Shown piece by piece: positions 49,985-62,237 of a stretch of DNA of 64,000 nucleotides (position 1 is its first letter; each line of letters begins with the position of its first letter). The translations under genes were made by a program, and so were the position numbers. The stretch spans positions 1 through 64,000 of the forward strand of contig NKIB01009067.1 of the NCBI GenBank assembly GCA_002256025.1, given 5' to 3'. The notes below the pieces were generated by a model. The model did not search any database. It was not told where the DNA came from and saw nothing but the letters and a program-made list of their open reading frames with translations. This stretch comes from Asterionella formosa. Taxonomy: Eukaryota.

Positions 49985-52534
49985 ATGTTGAGACGAGTAG
50001 TAGCAGTATGCAACGTTGCAGTCTATCAGAAGTCTTCTTCACGAATAGGGCGACGACTATCTTTTAGTAATACGAGGTGCCTCCAATCAAGAACCGTACA
50101 ATCGTTTCATATAGCTCCTGCCTTTAGCACCATTCGATACTTTTCTTTGCATGGTTTGATAGCCAATCCATCAACAATAGCAACAGAAACAGCAGCAGCA
50201 GCAGCAGCAACAACAACAACAACAACAACATGCGACAAGCACAGTCTTAAAAATTCGAGTGACCAGACAGCACAAAACAAAATCGTTTCTGACAAGCCGC
50301 TTGTTGCTACAGCATCGTCCGTCGTCATAGATGACTTAGTTCGTCAAAAACAGCATCAACGGCATGAGAACAACCTCTTTCTATTATTCCCAAACATTGA
50401 TGATGCTCGCAAAATTGTTCATGAAATGTGTCGTGTCGTCCCTAAGAAAGATTGGGATTCATTTCACGAGTCAGTGGCAAGGATGCTTACGAACTCTGAA
50501 AAAGTAAACAAGTTGGTACCATTCAAAGGAACAGATTTTATTTTACCCAAGTCGATACCCAAATGGGTCCGTAAGAATATAGTAACTCTTCTTGAAAATC
50601 GAAATCAAGAATCGAGAAAATACATTGAACAACCAGTTAAGAAAACAGAAATTGAGGAAACTATACAACTGTTGATGAGAGCACGAGAAGCATCCACGAA
50701 ACAACCATTATTTTGGAGCCGGGCGCAACGAGTTAAAATTCTAAAGAAAATCAAAATTCCAAACACCAAGAATGATGACGACGATGGAGACGATATTCAC
50801 CCATCAGAGGGAGATGACGAAAGTGATGACGAAGAATCATCCCATAGGAAGGAGCAGGGACAAAATATGCCAGAGCTCCATGATAAAAAGACGAAAACAG
50901 AAAAGAGGTGGGATGCCCAGAAACTTGCCTATCATTTGAAAAATAATTTACCCCCCGAGCAACTCGAAAACACAGCACAAATCTTTAAGCATTTAGTGGA
51001 TTGGTATACGGTTACATGCCTGGAGCAGCTTTTGCGAGACTATGGGAAATTGAACTTTCCTCGGGTGGCGAAGGAAATGGCCCGTTTCTTCTACTACTTG
51101 ATGGATGAGGATGACAACGAGGAGGAGTTTGAACGTCTTATTAATAAGGAACAGCTTTATTCAGATATTGAAGGTGAACCTGTCGAACTGACAGCAATAG
51201 AATTGACGAGCCACGCTGACGTGTTAATGAAATGTCGCGAAGCCACCGTTAAATCTGGTCTTACTTGGGCATTGCCAGGTCCTCATATAACTGCCGAAGA
51301 ACTAGTGGAGTCACGGAAGAGACACGCAGAGAAGCAGGAAAAAGCAAGAACCGTGCATGCCACCAAGGATGAAGCTACCAACAGAAAGGAGGCAATGGAA
51401 ATCGTTCAACACCTTGCATTGAATTTATCAGTTCAAGAATTCGAGGATGTTCTACATCAAATTCAGTGTTTCGACCCAAAGTCACCAAAGGCTAAAAAAG
51501 CAAATGTACGGTTTTTGGGGCAACATTTGGCAGTCGCGGCTACAACTCATGTTCATTTGGTTGCGAAAGAAGTCGCTGCATTTTTCTACCTGAAAGTTGA
51601 TGAACAATTCATCAATCGATATGAAAATCTTAGGCACGCCAAGGAGCAATTTGACGCTGACATGGAGCCAATTGTAGACAGCCTCTATAAGGTTCAGGCG
51701 GTGTTTTTCCAGCTCGATAACCGGCTCAAGTTCGAGGACATGGACGATCAGGTCGATGTGATGATCAAACCAATAAAAATCTCGCCCAACAATTCTTACA
51801 GACCACGCATTTATCACATAGTCATGGATGCCATTATGACGACACAGGAACCAGTTCTTGTTCCCGGAAGTGATCGGATGGTTTTTGTAGATAACCTTCC
51901 CATCGATATGACAGAGCTTCAACTACGAAAACTCTACAGTCGATGCGGTCCTGTCGAGTCTGTGATGATTTTCAACCAGCGCCCCGACCTAGATCCTGGT
52001 GAACTGACGCCCGAACAAATTTTGGATGCTCAAAAGAAAATTCGGACTAACCTGCAAAATTATGAAAGCAAGTACTTTGAACGAGCGAGAACTCCAGTTT
52101 ATGCGGTCATCACGTTTGAATCTGCTGAAGGCTATAATGTTTGTATAGATCCGAATCTTTGCCTTTTTGGTATAATTATTGAAAGGCATGCTGTTCGCTC
52201 TTGCCGAGCATCTAATTTGACCAAACTTTTTATTGAGAACATTCCGTTTTCTTGGACTTCTCGTGATCTCGAACACGAGATTAACGGATGTCTTAACCCA
52301 ATGCTAAAGGTGTACCTTGATCTTGGTGTGAATACACGAAAGTTTGGAACAAGTTGCGAAATCAACTTTCCTTCGTTTGAAGTGACTTTTGAAAGCCACC
52401 GAATTCTTAATGAGAAACTAAAGTTGACAAGCAGAGGTAAATCGAAGACTGTCCAAGAGCCAGTGACCATCAACTTCTGGAAAAACCCACGCGACGCCAA
52501 GAAATATTGGACAAGACAATTAGGATTCTTCTGA
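49985..52534 (+). CDS. 849-aa RRM-domain protein with probable mitochondrial presequence
   Basis: Long intact ORF. RNP2 VFVDNLP, YAVITFES and a second LFIENIP; Arg/Ser-rich N-terminus. Confidence 0.85.
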   Translation: MLRRVVAVCNVAVYQKSSSRIGRRLSFSNTRCLQSRTVQSFHIAPAFSTIRYFSLHGLIANPSTIATETAAAAAATTTTTTTCDKHSLKNSSDQTAQNKIVSDKPLVATASSVVIDDLVRQKQHQRHENNLFLLFPNIDDARKIVHEMCRVVPKKDWDSFHESVARMLTNSEKVNKLVPFKGTDFILPKSIPKWVRKNIVTLLENRNQESRKYIEQPVKKTEIEETIQLLMRAREASTKQPLFWSRAQRVKILKKIKIPNTKNDDDDGDDIHPSEGDDESDDEESSHRKEQGQNMPELHDKKTKTEKRWDAQKLAYHLKNNLPPEQLENTAQIFKHLVDWYTVTCLEQLLRDYGKLNFPRVAKEMARFFYYLMDEDDNEEEFERLINKEQLYSDIEGEPVELTAIELTSHADVLMKCREATVKSGLTWALPGPHITAEELVESRKRHAEKQEKARTVHATKDEATNRKEAMEIVQHLALNLSVQEFEDVLHQIQCFDPKSPKAKKANVRFLGQHLAVAATTHVHLVAKEVAAFFYLKVDEQFINRYENLRHAKEQFDADMEPIVDSLYKVQAVFFQLDNRLKFEDMDDQVDVMIKPIKISPNNSYRPRIYHIVMDAIMTTQEPVLVPGSDRMVFVDNLPIDMTELQLRKLYSRCGPVESVMIFNQRPDLDPGELTPEQILDAQKKIRTNLQNYESKYFERARTPVYAVITFESAEGYNVCIDPNLCLFGIIIERHAVRSCRASNLTKLFIENIPFSWTSRDLEHEINGCLNPMLKVYLDLGVNTRKFGTSCEINFPSFEVTFESHRILNEKLKLTSRGKSKTVQEPVTINFWKNPRDAKKYWTRQLGFF

Positions 52535-52577
52535 TATGCTATAAGAAGTTCGTCATGTATCACTTAGAATTAACCCC

Positions 52578-53625
52578 TTATAGGAAGTATGGTACCAACT
52601 GTGCTCGCTCTTCGCCCTTTGGTCCATAAACGGATTGTTCTGTATCATGGAAGAATATAAACTTTTGAGCAATTGCCCCTTCGGCACCCTCCGTTACAAC
52701 TCCTTCACCTCCAATTTCTAGGATGGCCGCAACATTTCCACATCGATAACAATAATTAGGGGCACTCCAAACGGTCACCAACGACTTGTCAAAGTGATAC
52801 TTCCGTCCTTCCATGACCAACTGATGAGCTCTAGCAATCAAGTTGAGTGAATTAACATGATGAAATTCATCTGTCACGCGCTTTCCAAAAAGATATCCCG
52901 CACCTCGTGGGCTCATTTGCCAAGCACCTGTGATGTCTTCCGGATCCGACCACACTAAATCGCAGAACGCTCCCTCGTGCGGGATTTCTTGGTTCCGATC
53001 AATGGCTCTGACTTGATCTAGTGTCCTGACATCGGGAGATAGTCCACCATGGACGCACAATACTTGCTCGTCGATCAACGCAGCGAGCCCGAAGCAATCA
53101 AAGCACTGCACACAATGTCTCCAGACGGATGCATTCCCGTATTTGCGGAGGCACTCGTCGTAGAAACCGTAGACTTGCGTAATTTGACGACTCTGTTTGG
53201 TAAGTTGTTAGCGTTGAGATGATTGCAAACGCGCTTAAATAAAGCCCCTGCCTAGCTCAGTGGATACTCACTTCGTGATTGCCCCGCAGCAGCGTGACAT
53301 GGCCGGGGTATTTCAACTTCAAGCAGAGCAACAGGCTCAGTGTTTCAACAGAATTATGACCCCGATCTACAAAATCTCCCAAGAAAACATAGGACGTCTG
53401 AGGCGGCCAGCCGCCTACCTTGAGAAGGTTCAAGAAATCAAAGAATTGGCCATGCAAGTCACCGACGACAGTGACCGGACTGGCAACCGGTTGGACATTG
53501 CTTTCCTCCATGAGAAGTTCCGAAACATAAGAACACAGTTGTTTGAGCGACCTTTCCGATACCAATTCGCCTGATTTCAGTGTTTCGATGCACTCCTCAA
53601 CATCGAGTGTGACCTTGAAGACCAT
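52578..53625 (-). CDS. PPP6C: Ser/Thr protein phosphatase catalytic subunit, PP6/SIT4-like; exons 53625-53272, 53192-52578
   Basis: [56 protein letters not shown]-terminal PYFL. PP6 versus PP4 assigned by eye. Confidence 0.88.
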
Positions 53626-54420
53626 TCTAATGAACAAAAGGCGAAACAAATGAAGTTGTATGAAGTTTCAAGGATAGTATGATGAGTGCTAGGTTATGCA
53701 CATAAAAGTTGAAGCGGATGTGAACATGCGAATGATGAACAAAGAGAATGATATGTAGTAATGTATTACCTTTATGTACCGTACCGGTATTACGGTACCA
53801 GGTAATGGTATTCGAAGATTTGAGACCGTTGGATCAGAATTTCGAAATTCCAGTTTGTGAGGTGCCAGAAAAAATGGAGACACACGGACACCTGCTGCGT
53901 GACCGGTACCATACATGTTCGGCCAAGCGAACTCCTTGCTCAATGAAGGAATTAATGATTACAATGTTATTCTCGCTTTCAGACTGTCGTAGTGCTCTCT
54001 GTCAATCCTAATTTCCTTTGACCTGCTGATAGACTTCTTGTTCTATTTAAGTGCTGGTGCATCTGATTCCGAGAAAGAAGCAAACATGTTTGAACAGGAA
54101 GACCCATTTTCAGATTGATATCATTAATGTGGATGGGCGTAATGGGTGAATATGCTGGTTTCGCATGAGGCGATAACATCTTTTCAATTATCCTGAACGG
54201 AACAAGATTCTCTTGAGATGGAATTTTGGAAGGGCATGGTGACCTGGTGCAACATCGTATTCTAGACTCGTTCTGGAAACGAGAACTCGTCGAATCGCCT
54301 TTGTGTCGATCTACTTTAATGAGTAACTGGTCCTTGTCGTAGCTTTCTATTAGTCTATGTATAGACGTGAATTTAAATTGCTCAATTTATTACATAAGCG
54401 GCAGCTATTTATTCTCTTGC

Positions 54421-56026
54421 CTACATTTTCTGTTCATATCCTTCGTTAAGCCACACCCACTTGTCACCTCGCTTTTCAACGGCAGTGCATCCCTTGCATA
54501 CTCTCCACAACGCCTCTGGAATCGGAGTCGGTTCGTACAAATACAGTTGAGGGAAATTCTCCTTGATGGCTTCTGTGGCAACCTCGGCATTATAGTGAGG
54601 AATAGAGGAGTCAAAATGGTGAGCCACATGAGTGGTTCCAATCTTGTGGTGCAAGAAGTCAATCAATCCCCAAGGATCAAGCTTGTCGTAAGGACGATCA
54701 ATGGTGTGCAATGCTCCCTTAACATAGGTGTGTTCATCATTGGAAAAGTGGGGAACATCGACATCAGTATGTTGCAGCCTGATGGACGACACGTGTTAGT
54801 AAAAAGATAACAGCAAAAAGGACGAAACAACGGAGAATCCAAGACACGTACCAGGTGTAAAGCACCAACCATGCATTGATGACAACCAAAGGACCCCCAT
54901 AGAGGGCCATCACTGGACCAAGCCCATTGCACGCAGTCCATGCGACAAGCCCTCCTACAACTGCAGCAATTCCAATATCGCTTTTGTAAACCTTTTCCTT
55001 CCAGTTTCCTGGAAACAATTCTTTCTTTGGCATGTCCGGAGTCGTCAAAGGGTTAGGGTAGAAATGATTGGTCATACCCCGCGCACTGCCACCAGTAGCA
55101 CCAATCAGCAAGTACGCAGGCCACCCAACGACCAAATGTAAAAACGCCTGAAGTCCACCCCAAGCCTTGATTCCATAGTCTTTACCCAACGCCGCAACAA
55201 TCGATTCACGAAGACCATACGCTCCTTCTCCCTTGGTCTCGATTGCCTCTGGCACATGCGTTTCCCCCAGTTCCATATTGTTGGTGTACTGATGGTGAAC
55301 CGCATGAGACCGTTGCCAGGAGTAGTACGGGACCAACATGATGGAATGAATGATAAATCCAACAGCGTCTTGCAACGCCTTATTCTTCGAGAATGCTCCA
55401 TGTCCACACTCGTGTGCCAATACCCAAAGTCCCATAGCGACTGTCCCCGTAACTGCCGAGTAAGCAGCCCACAAAGGCCATGTCAAAGGACTGGCAGGGT
55501 TGGCGATGGGGAGTAACCCGACTCCAAATGCTGTGCAAGCAGCCGTTCCCAATAAGCTAACAGAAAGGTATCCCAAGGATTTGAATGTGTCTATTTCATA
55601 GCATTTATCCGGAATTACACCGCGAATCTCCGAGGCTTGGGGGAAGTCTTCCGCTCTCCAAGAAAGCGCCTTTCCATTGAGTCCCTGTTGAATGTGTTGT
55701 TTGAACAATGATGTGAGCGCGATACTGTGTGTTGAATACGCGTATAGTTGCGTTGCAGGATGCTCCATAGGACACACGATGAGATCCGATGGTATACGTA
55801 CGGAGAAAGCTATTCCGTCCAGATCAACAGTCATAGCACCGATTTGTTCGTCTCCAGAGGGCTTTGGGGAACCTGTCTTTCGGGAAATGCCGATGGAACC
55901 CGTCCCAACGGCCACGGCGCGAAGGGGGCGAACCATGGTAGATCTCATCGAAGGCATTGACTGAAAGGCAACCGCTGTAGGCGCTGCGGCACCCAGGAGA
56001 AAGGCGGCAGCAGTGAATCGGCTCAT
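54421..56026 (-). CDS. FAD6: Plastid-targeted delta-12/omega-6 fatty acid desaturase; exons 56026-55802, 55684-54852, 54778-54421
   Basis: His boxes HECGH, HAVHH and HVAHH. Signal peptide ending AVA-F plus transit peptide; two GT-AG introns. Confidence 0.9.
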
Positions 56027-56471
56027 GCTGTGTACAATGAAAAGAATTAATGGAAAGTGAGTGCGTGGAATTCTTTGGCTTTTGTCCAGAAGAGGTGACG
56101 ATTACATTGTTCAATGACACTCCGTACATTTCATGACAGGGACAGAATCCGAGAAAAACGTCGGCACTTCTTTTGTTGACAAATTCTTATTGGGTGGGTG
56201 GTCCTATTTCTCACCCCGATTTCCCGTGCATACCGGTTCTTGAGTTGACCACGTATGACTACTGCCAGTACCAGGTACCATAAGTTTACCATTTGTTTTG
56301 TTCCTCCGCCGCTCGTCGGTACCAGGTACCAGGTACCGGCACCTGGAGTACCTGGTACCACTCATCTTTTCGTCGTTGGCGGGAAAAAATCTTCGCCTTC
56401 CTGCGTCAGTGGATGTTTTATTACTGTTTATAACCGCCATGTTCAAGGTGTCTCGCTCCGTACGCACATCG

Positions 56472-57956
56472 GTGATAGGTTGCATTTGCTTCAGTTTTAC
56501 CGGACACTTCGACATTTACGTAGGTGAGATATGAACAAGCTACACACAATTAATTCTACATGTAAAACAGGACGGAATCCAGAATCCGTTTGTACGCCAT
56601 AGTCTAGCATAGATGAGGTAATCATTCAAAAATCATTTTTTTGTCCCAATATTGACAACAAAAATTTGAAATTGCTGCTAGAATTTGATTTCATCATCGC
56701 TTTCTCAGTTTTGAGGATACGAAAAAACGAGACATAGTTGAATCTGTGGTTAAAAACTTGATAACTTCTATTAGATATTTTTTCTATCTTTTGTACAAAT
56801 AGATGAGAAAACTTGAGCAATAGAAGTCTTGGAGAAGGTGCAACATCTCAAAATGCAAGAAAATACCTCAATTTATAATTTTGTGCTGAGTTTCCTCATT
56901 TACACACTAATTGTCTTGGTTCATAAAATGTCTATGGAATCTCGCTTGATTTGTTCATTTTGCCTTGTTTTAATTTAGACATAGTACATACAGGTATTTT
57001 GCAACAAGGTATGCAACAACACTGCTTGTTCGTTATGCTACTAGAATATTCGGATTGTGTTAAAAGTGATAAATTCCCATGACTGACGATTTGTGCATTT
57101 TCGGACACTTCTGTGCAAAAATTGTATTCTTTCGAGCAAAACATCCTATGCATCTGCATACTATAATCTCCATGTGTTGTATGGAACTACTCATTGAGTG
57201 AGAAGCGGCAATACAACAAACAGCATGCTACCTGCTGGTATATGGTATGGAATCTCCATTTGGATATACATATGTCAATACATAGAAAAATATGAAAACT
57301 GGAGGACCCGGTAACGAATGTTTTATGCACACTTATTCAGTTGACTCACTACCAATGACTCGTCTCATACCTAACGGACGAAGTGATTGGCTGACTTTCC
57401 ATTCCAAACTCTCTTTAGCAACTTTCTATAATGTGTAATTATCATTCATTAAAACCAAATCATGTTCTGATCATCGAAATCGTGTTCACCTACTACTAAT
57501 GGTAGCTAATGGTATTCAGCAACTGGAAGACGGTGCTTATTCGGTTCAACAATCAGCAATGGATCTCTAGTCGATTTTTTTTGTCAGCGAATTTCTAGTC
57601 ATATGAAATCACCAACTGGCTCATTAATCGTAAATAAAAGAGTCCTTTTGAAAATGTCAATGAACAATTAATTGATATTAATTAAATAGAAAATCAATTA
57701 AAATTTGGTTCGACCTACAGATTACTACCGCAGTGTAGCGTGTTGCGTACTGTGAAAGTGACAAAACTTTTTGTATCACCATTGTTCTGAATTGCGCTTC
57801 TAAAAATTACCTGAAAAATGCACCATCAGCGCCATCCCTTTTCATTGTCAATATTAGTGTTATCAAAATAATTCTTTTACGATTGTATGTGACTTGTTAA
57901 TATCTCACCTACATAAATGTCAAAGTATACGGTAAAACCGAAATGCCACTCATCAC
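56472..57956. mobile_element. Family C TIR element with ~80-bp imperfect terminal inverted repeats
   Basis: 56472-56550 matches the reverse complement of 57881-57956 (GTGAT...GTTTTACCG...GACATTTAYGTAGGTGAGATAT). The left end is also found inside family A at ~2728-2843 and ~22736-22815. No clear TSD. Confidence 0.7.
56600..56884 (-). repeat. Family D terminal segment, copy 3 (inverted, nested in C)
   Basis: Diverged reverse complement of 45000-45278; starts TAGTCTAGCATAGATGAG. Confidence 0.75.
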
Positions 57957-58983
57957 TTCTTGCCTTGCTCCCAATTCACTTTTAAGATACTGGTATGTAG
58001 TTACTATGTATGTAGCGGTATCCTTGATGGACACAGCGAGTTAGTGGTTGTTGGCTGCTTTGTCGATCCACATTGCACATTTGCTTTAGTAAGATACCAT
58101 TCCCGGCTGGTAATATCTTCACATGGACACAGGACAAGGCAATACATATAATGCACTCAAGTGAGTAATACCATTAGTATTTAAAATCGAAGGTGATAAT
58201 GATTACTCTCGAATACATATATTGGTACAACTGTTCCAGTGCGTAGTATGTAATATGGCAGACTAGGAGTTCTAACAGGTCGGTATACTAGCTATAATCT
58301 ACTAACAAAGTACCTGATACCACCGGCACCCTGGGAGGTCCGGTAGCGCACGTTCTATGCGCACCTTTCAGTTTCGATGCACTCCCAATGGATCGTCTCA
58401 TGCCTGCTGGACAAGATAGGCCAGCTTTGGATGAAATTAATATTCCTTACGTAATTTGGGAAAATGTTACTCTTATTGACTGATGAAGCTTTGCAGAATC
58501 AGTCATTGAACACGACTCAGATTTCCTGACTGATGAACGGGTTCAACAAGCAAACCGTCTTCTAGTAGCTTCTGAATCAACATAGGAATCCTACTTTAGC
58601 TTAGATGTTGCGATTTCTTTCTGTATAGAAAACGCTACAGTGTGGTCCTTGTGTGTGGCTGGAGAATCCTGCCATCATGCCGACTCCGCCTTGATCATGT
58701 CGAAAATAAGGAATTTCTCCATGGAAAATGAAAACGACGGTATGCTATTTGGTAAATATATCTAACACAACATAGACAATACAAGCGTAAAAAATTATTG
58801 TAATAACACTGATATCGACAACGAAAATTGAAGTCCTCCGATGAAGCATTGCTTCATGTAGTTTAGATGATGCACAATTCAAAATGACGAAGTCACCAAC
58901 AGATTTGACACTTTCACAATATGCAGCAGGCTACACTACTATGGTAATCAGTAGGTCAAACGAAACTTTTTTGATTCTCTATT

Positions 58984-59590
58984 GGGCGCGCTCTGATAAT
59001 AAAAAATTATTATATCATATGTGTATTATACCACAAATTATTCTGGTGATCTGCTACATAATATCGTCCTTGCGCTCTGATAATAGAGATATTTTAGATT
59101 ACTTTTCTGACATAGGATATATTTTTAACTTTAATTTTCAGCAGTTAAATTTTAATATTGATGCATCCTCTTGTAAGCTAGGCCGCCTCTTGTTCATTAT
59201 ATGCAGGAGTTCTATATATTCCTCATCGTCGGTCACTGACCATGTCGACTTTCATCTCATCTCCTGATGATGACGATGATGACATTGTGATCACATTGCT
59301 ACTGTTAGCAATGTGCTATCCACCAGTAAATAAGACGCCATCGTTCAGGGAAAGTTTGACTGTTGATGAGGTCAGAAGAAGAAGTGGCAAAATCCGTCGC
59401 CATGCACTACAGCATCCATTATCAAGTCCATTCTGGACTTTGTTCAACAGCAAGCATGATGATGCTCTGATTATCTTGTGTGGGTTTGACCATGCTTCTT
59501 TCGAGCTTCGACACCAGCTGTTCAAACCTTGTTTTTATTCCTTTACTCCCTGTAGGAAAAATACGAATTTCATTGTTAGAAATTCAACAC
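58984..59590 (+). mobile_element. Family B left end with truncated Harbinger-group transposase N-terminus (ORF from 59242)
   Basis: 58984-59233 matches 25261-25512. SPFWTLFNSKHDDALIILCGFDHASFE resembles the N-terminal segment of stramenopile DDE_Tnp_4 transposases. Confidence 0.7.
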
Positions 59591-59609
59591 TCTTGTTCAT
59601 GACAGTAAC

Positions 59610-59890
59610 GTTCAAGCAGCCATGGAGAGGAAGGGAAGCCCTCCCTGGCCGCTCTCCTTTGACCAGAAGAAGATGAAGACATGGTCGAAATCTGGTCGAA
59701 ATCTAAAAGCGATGACGATCAATGTATTGAGGAGGTTGATTGATATCTAACGATATGCAAATTGCATACCTATTTTGGCTGGAGCAAGCCATTTTGAGTA
59801 TGAGCAAGCAAGTCTTGAAATATTCCGCGAAATTCTATGTAGTCATTCATGCCTAAAGATCTTTTTATATAAAGCACTGCTATTTATAAC
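59610..59890 (+). repeat. Dispersed repeat E, copy 2
   Basis: Aligns with 46140-46396. Confidence 0.85.
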
Positions 59891-60299
59891 AGTAAAAAAT
59901 TTGTGTTTGTGTTGACCAAATTTGGTAAACCTGGTGTGTCGAATTGATTTCGATTAATTTATTTAGCTGCTAAATATTTAATTACAAAAACAGACTTTAT
60001 GTTCATGTCTATGTAACAAAAAAACACATATTTTCGAGAAAGCCGACCCTCACGTAGAAAATTGGTATATAGTCTACATAATCCGTGCTAAAATAAGCGT
60101 CTTGGCAATGAGGGTTCCGATAATCGATGCAACTATTTTCGGACGGAGGGAGTACAGTATCTGGTACCTACCTGGTACCAGTACTCTACTGCAACAACTT
60201 CTAGGACCAGTATACAGGATTGTTGCTCTGTGCCTCAAGGAGAGTGAGTACCTGGTACCAGGGACATCCAGAAAACGTGCTTGTCAAATTTTAATACAG

Positions 60300-60418
60300 A
60301 AAAATTCGATCTGCCCCATATTGCCCCTAAATAAAATTCCTTAAGATTTTATTTAGAGCCTACAAATTACTTAGAAGTACCCGAATGGCAAGACGATAGC
60401 TGGAGCGGGAATTGCCGA
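60300..60418 (-). repeat. Family A 5' terminus, inverted copy (with a degenerate re-duplication to ~60538)
   Basis: Reverse complement of 959-1078. Confidence 0.85.
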
Positions 60419-60778
60419 AAAATCCACTGTGCCCCTATATAGTTCTAAATAGAAATTACTTAGAGATACCAAAAATTACTTAAACACCCATAGTTCTCAT
60501 CGAAAAGCAAGACGATAGCTAGAAGGGTGTGGATTGCCGGTATACATAGTATACGTCAGCATGTACCGGTATTTCTGTTCCCAAGATTTGATGAAGTACC
60601 GGTAGTAGATTACCGGTAAGTACTACCGGCATACCGGTACTGTACATAGCTAGGATTCCTCGTACAACACGCACAGACTTACCTGGACTATCATCGTCGG
60701 GGATTGACTGAGGGTAACGCTGATTTTGATGAGCATAATACATTGCATCGCTCCGGTCGCTCTTCTCATTGACAAACA

Positions 60779-62149
60779 ATGGTTCGATCACGAGTGCGCT
60801 TGCATGTAGTAGCGGCAGGAATTGCACTGAGAAGTGTGGCAGCATCAGCGAGTACTGCGCTGAATTCACAACTAGTATCATCTGTTGACATGCTGCCGAC
60901 CATAGCCGGGGCGCCAGACAGTGAGGAAGAACCCAACGACTCGTATAAATCCAACCCTGATTGGTGGAGGGATCCATTTGCAGCTTTTGAAGATGAGGAG
61001 GATGATCTAGAAGAGAGACAAACGGGAGACGAGGAACAAAGTGACGGTGACACTGGAGACCTTGACGTATTGAAGGAAACCGGTGTAAAGCAAAACGACG
61101 ACGAAAAGGAAGTTCTCGTCGTGCCGGATATGGATGTAAAGGAACTTCTCCTCATACCGGATGTGAATATTATGAGCGCGCTACCATCCCGAGAAGATAG
61201 GGGCAAAGTCGACGGAAACGTTGATGGGAAGGACCAAGTAGCACCCGAAGATACGGCCCCCGACGTTGGCGGCAAACAGATTTATACAGAAAAAAAATTA
61301 GCTGATGGTTCCTTGGCTGCCCCTCTAGCATTCCTAATTCGCTCGCTACCGAAAGTCCAAGAAATTTTGGGCCATTCTCCGGTGGTGAAAGTTGTTGCAG
61401 CATTTGCAGTGGCGAAGGCACTCTATGAACCTGTCCTGAGCTTCAGCACTCAGATATCCAAGCCCGCGCACGAAGATACAAGCGATCCTCCCATTCGCGA
61501 ATTTATGGAATCGGAAATGGCAGAGGAGCAAGATGAAGACGTATCCCCAAGGAGAGTTCCAAGGCAAAGAACAACCCGATTGCTGCAAGAAGGCGGAGCA
61601 AAGCGTAACGAAATGAAATTCCGACCTTCGCGATGGTTTGAGAATATAATTGGGAAATCCAACGTTCACGAAAAGCTACCTTCAAGCAAGGAGCTTATGG
61701 AAAGGGTTCAAATGCTTGAGGTAGTTACAGAGTCCGCAGTATCCGACCGCGACATGATGGAGCGTGAATACGAGAAGGCCAGTTGGCAGGTACGCACTCT
61801 ATGCCTTGTGTATGCCCAATACGTTTCCTTCAAAAGAAAGTTCAATGACCAATCCCTCGTTCTCGTCCCCTTACTACTTCGACAGTTACAAGAGGCGCAA
61901 ACGGAACTATCAAGTCTCACATCCAGCACTCGGTACCTCAAGGCACAGTTGCGGGACAACGAAGCAGTTATGGACCGAGCCCTCAAGGCTGAACGTATTC
62001 GGGCAAAGGAAGAGTTGACCCGAATGAAGGATGCCATGTTGGTAGTCCTTGAACGTGAGAGAAAGGCCATGCGCACGGAGTTGATGAGACAAACGGCTGA
62101 ACTTAAAACACTTTTACAGGATGACCGAGCCACACATCCGGACGCGTAA
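60779..62149 (+). CDS. Hypothetical protein: hydrophobic N-terminal leader, acidic region, C-terminal coiled coil; probable intron 61790-61885
   Basis: Long ORF. A GTACGC...GACAG segment interrupts the heptad pattern YEKASWQ|LQEAQTEL. Confidence 0.75.
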   Translation: MVRSRVRLHVVAAGIALRSVAASASTALNSQLVSSVDMLPTIAGAPDSEEEPNDSYKSNPDWWRDPFAAFEDEEDDLEERQTGDEEQSDGDTGDLDVLKETGVKQNDDEKEVLVVPDMDVKELLLIPDVNIMSALPSREDRGKVDGNVDGKDQVAPEDTAPDVGGKQIYTEKKLADGSLAAPLAFLIRSLPKVQEILGHSPVVKVVAAFAVAKALYEPVLSFSTQISKPAHEDTSDPPIREFMESEMAEEQDEDVSPRRVPRQRTTRLLQEGGAKRNEMKFRPSRWFENIIGKSNVHEKLPSSKELMERVQMLEVVTESAVSDRDMMEREYEKASWQVRTLCLVYAQYVSFKRKFNDQSLVLVPLLLRQLQEAQTELSSLTSSTRYLKAQLRDNEAVMDRALKAERIRAKEELTRMKDAMLVVLERERKAMRTELMRQTAELKTLLQDDRATHPDA

Positions 62150-62237
62150 AAATGTCATCGTTAGGTGCAACAAGGAATGTTGTCTGCTAGAAGTTAAATG
62201 TATTAGATGCTACACAACCATCTCGAATTTGTAAATA

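Noticed and set aside
56131..56534. ORFs rich in YLVPGT/YQVPGT peptides (also 5079-5489 and 60102-60344)
   Set aside because: Translations of the GGTACCA heptamer clusters, not a protein repeat family.
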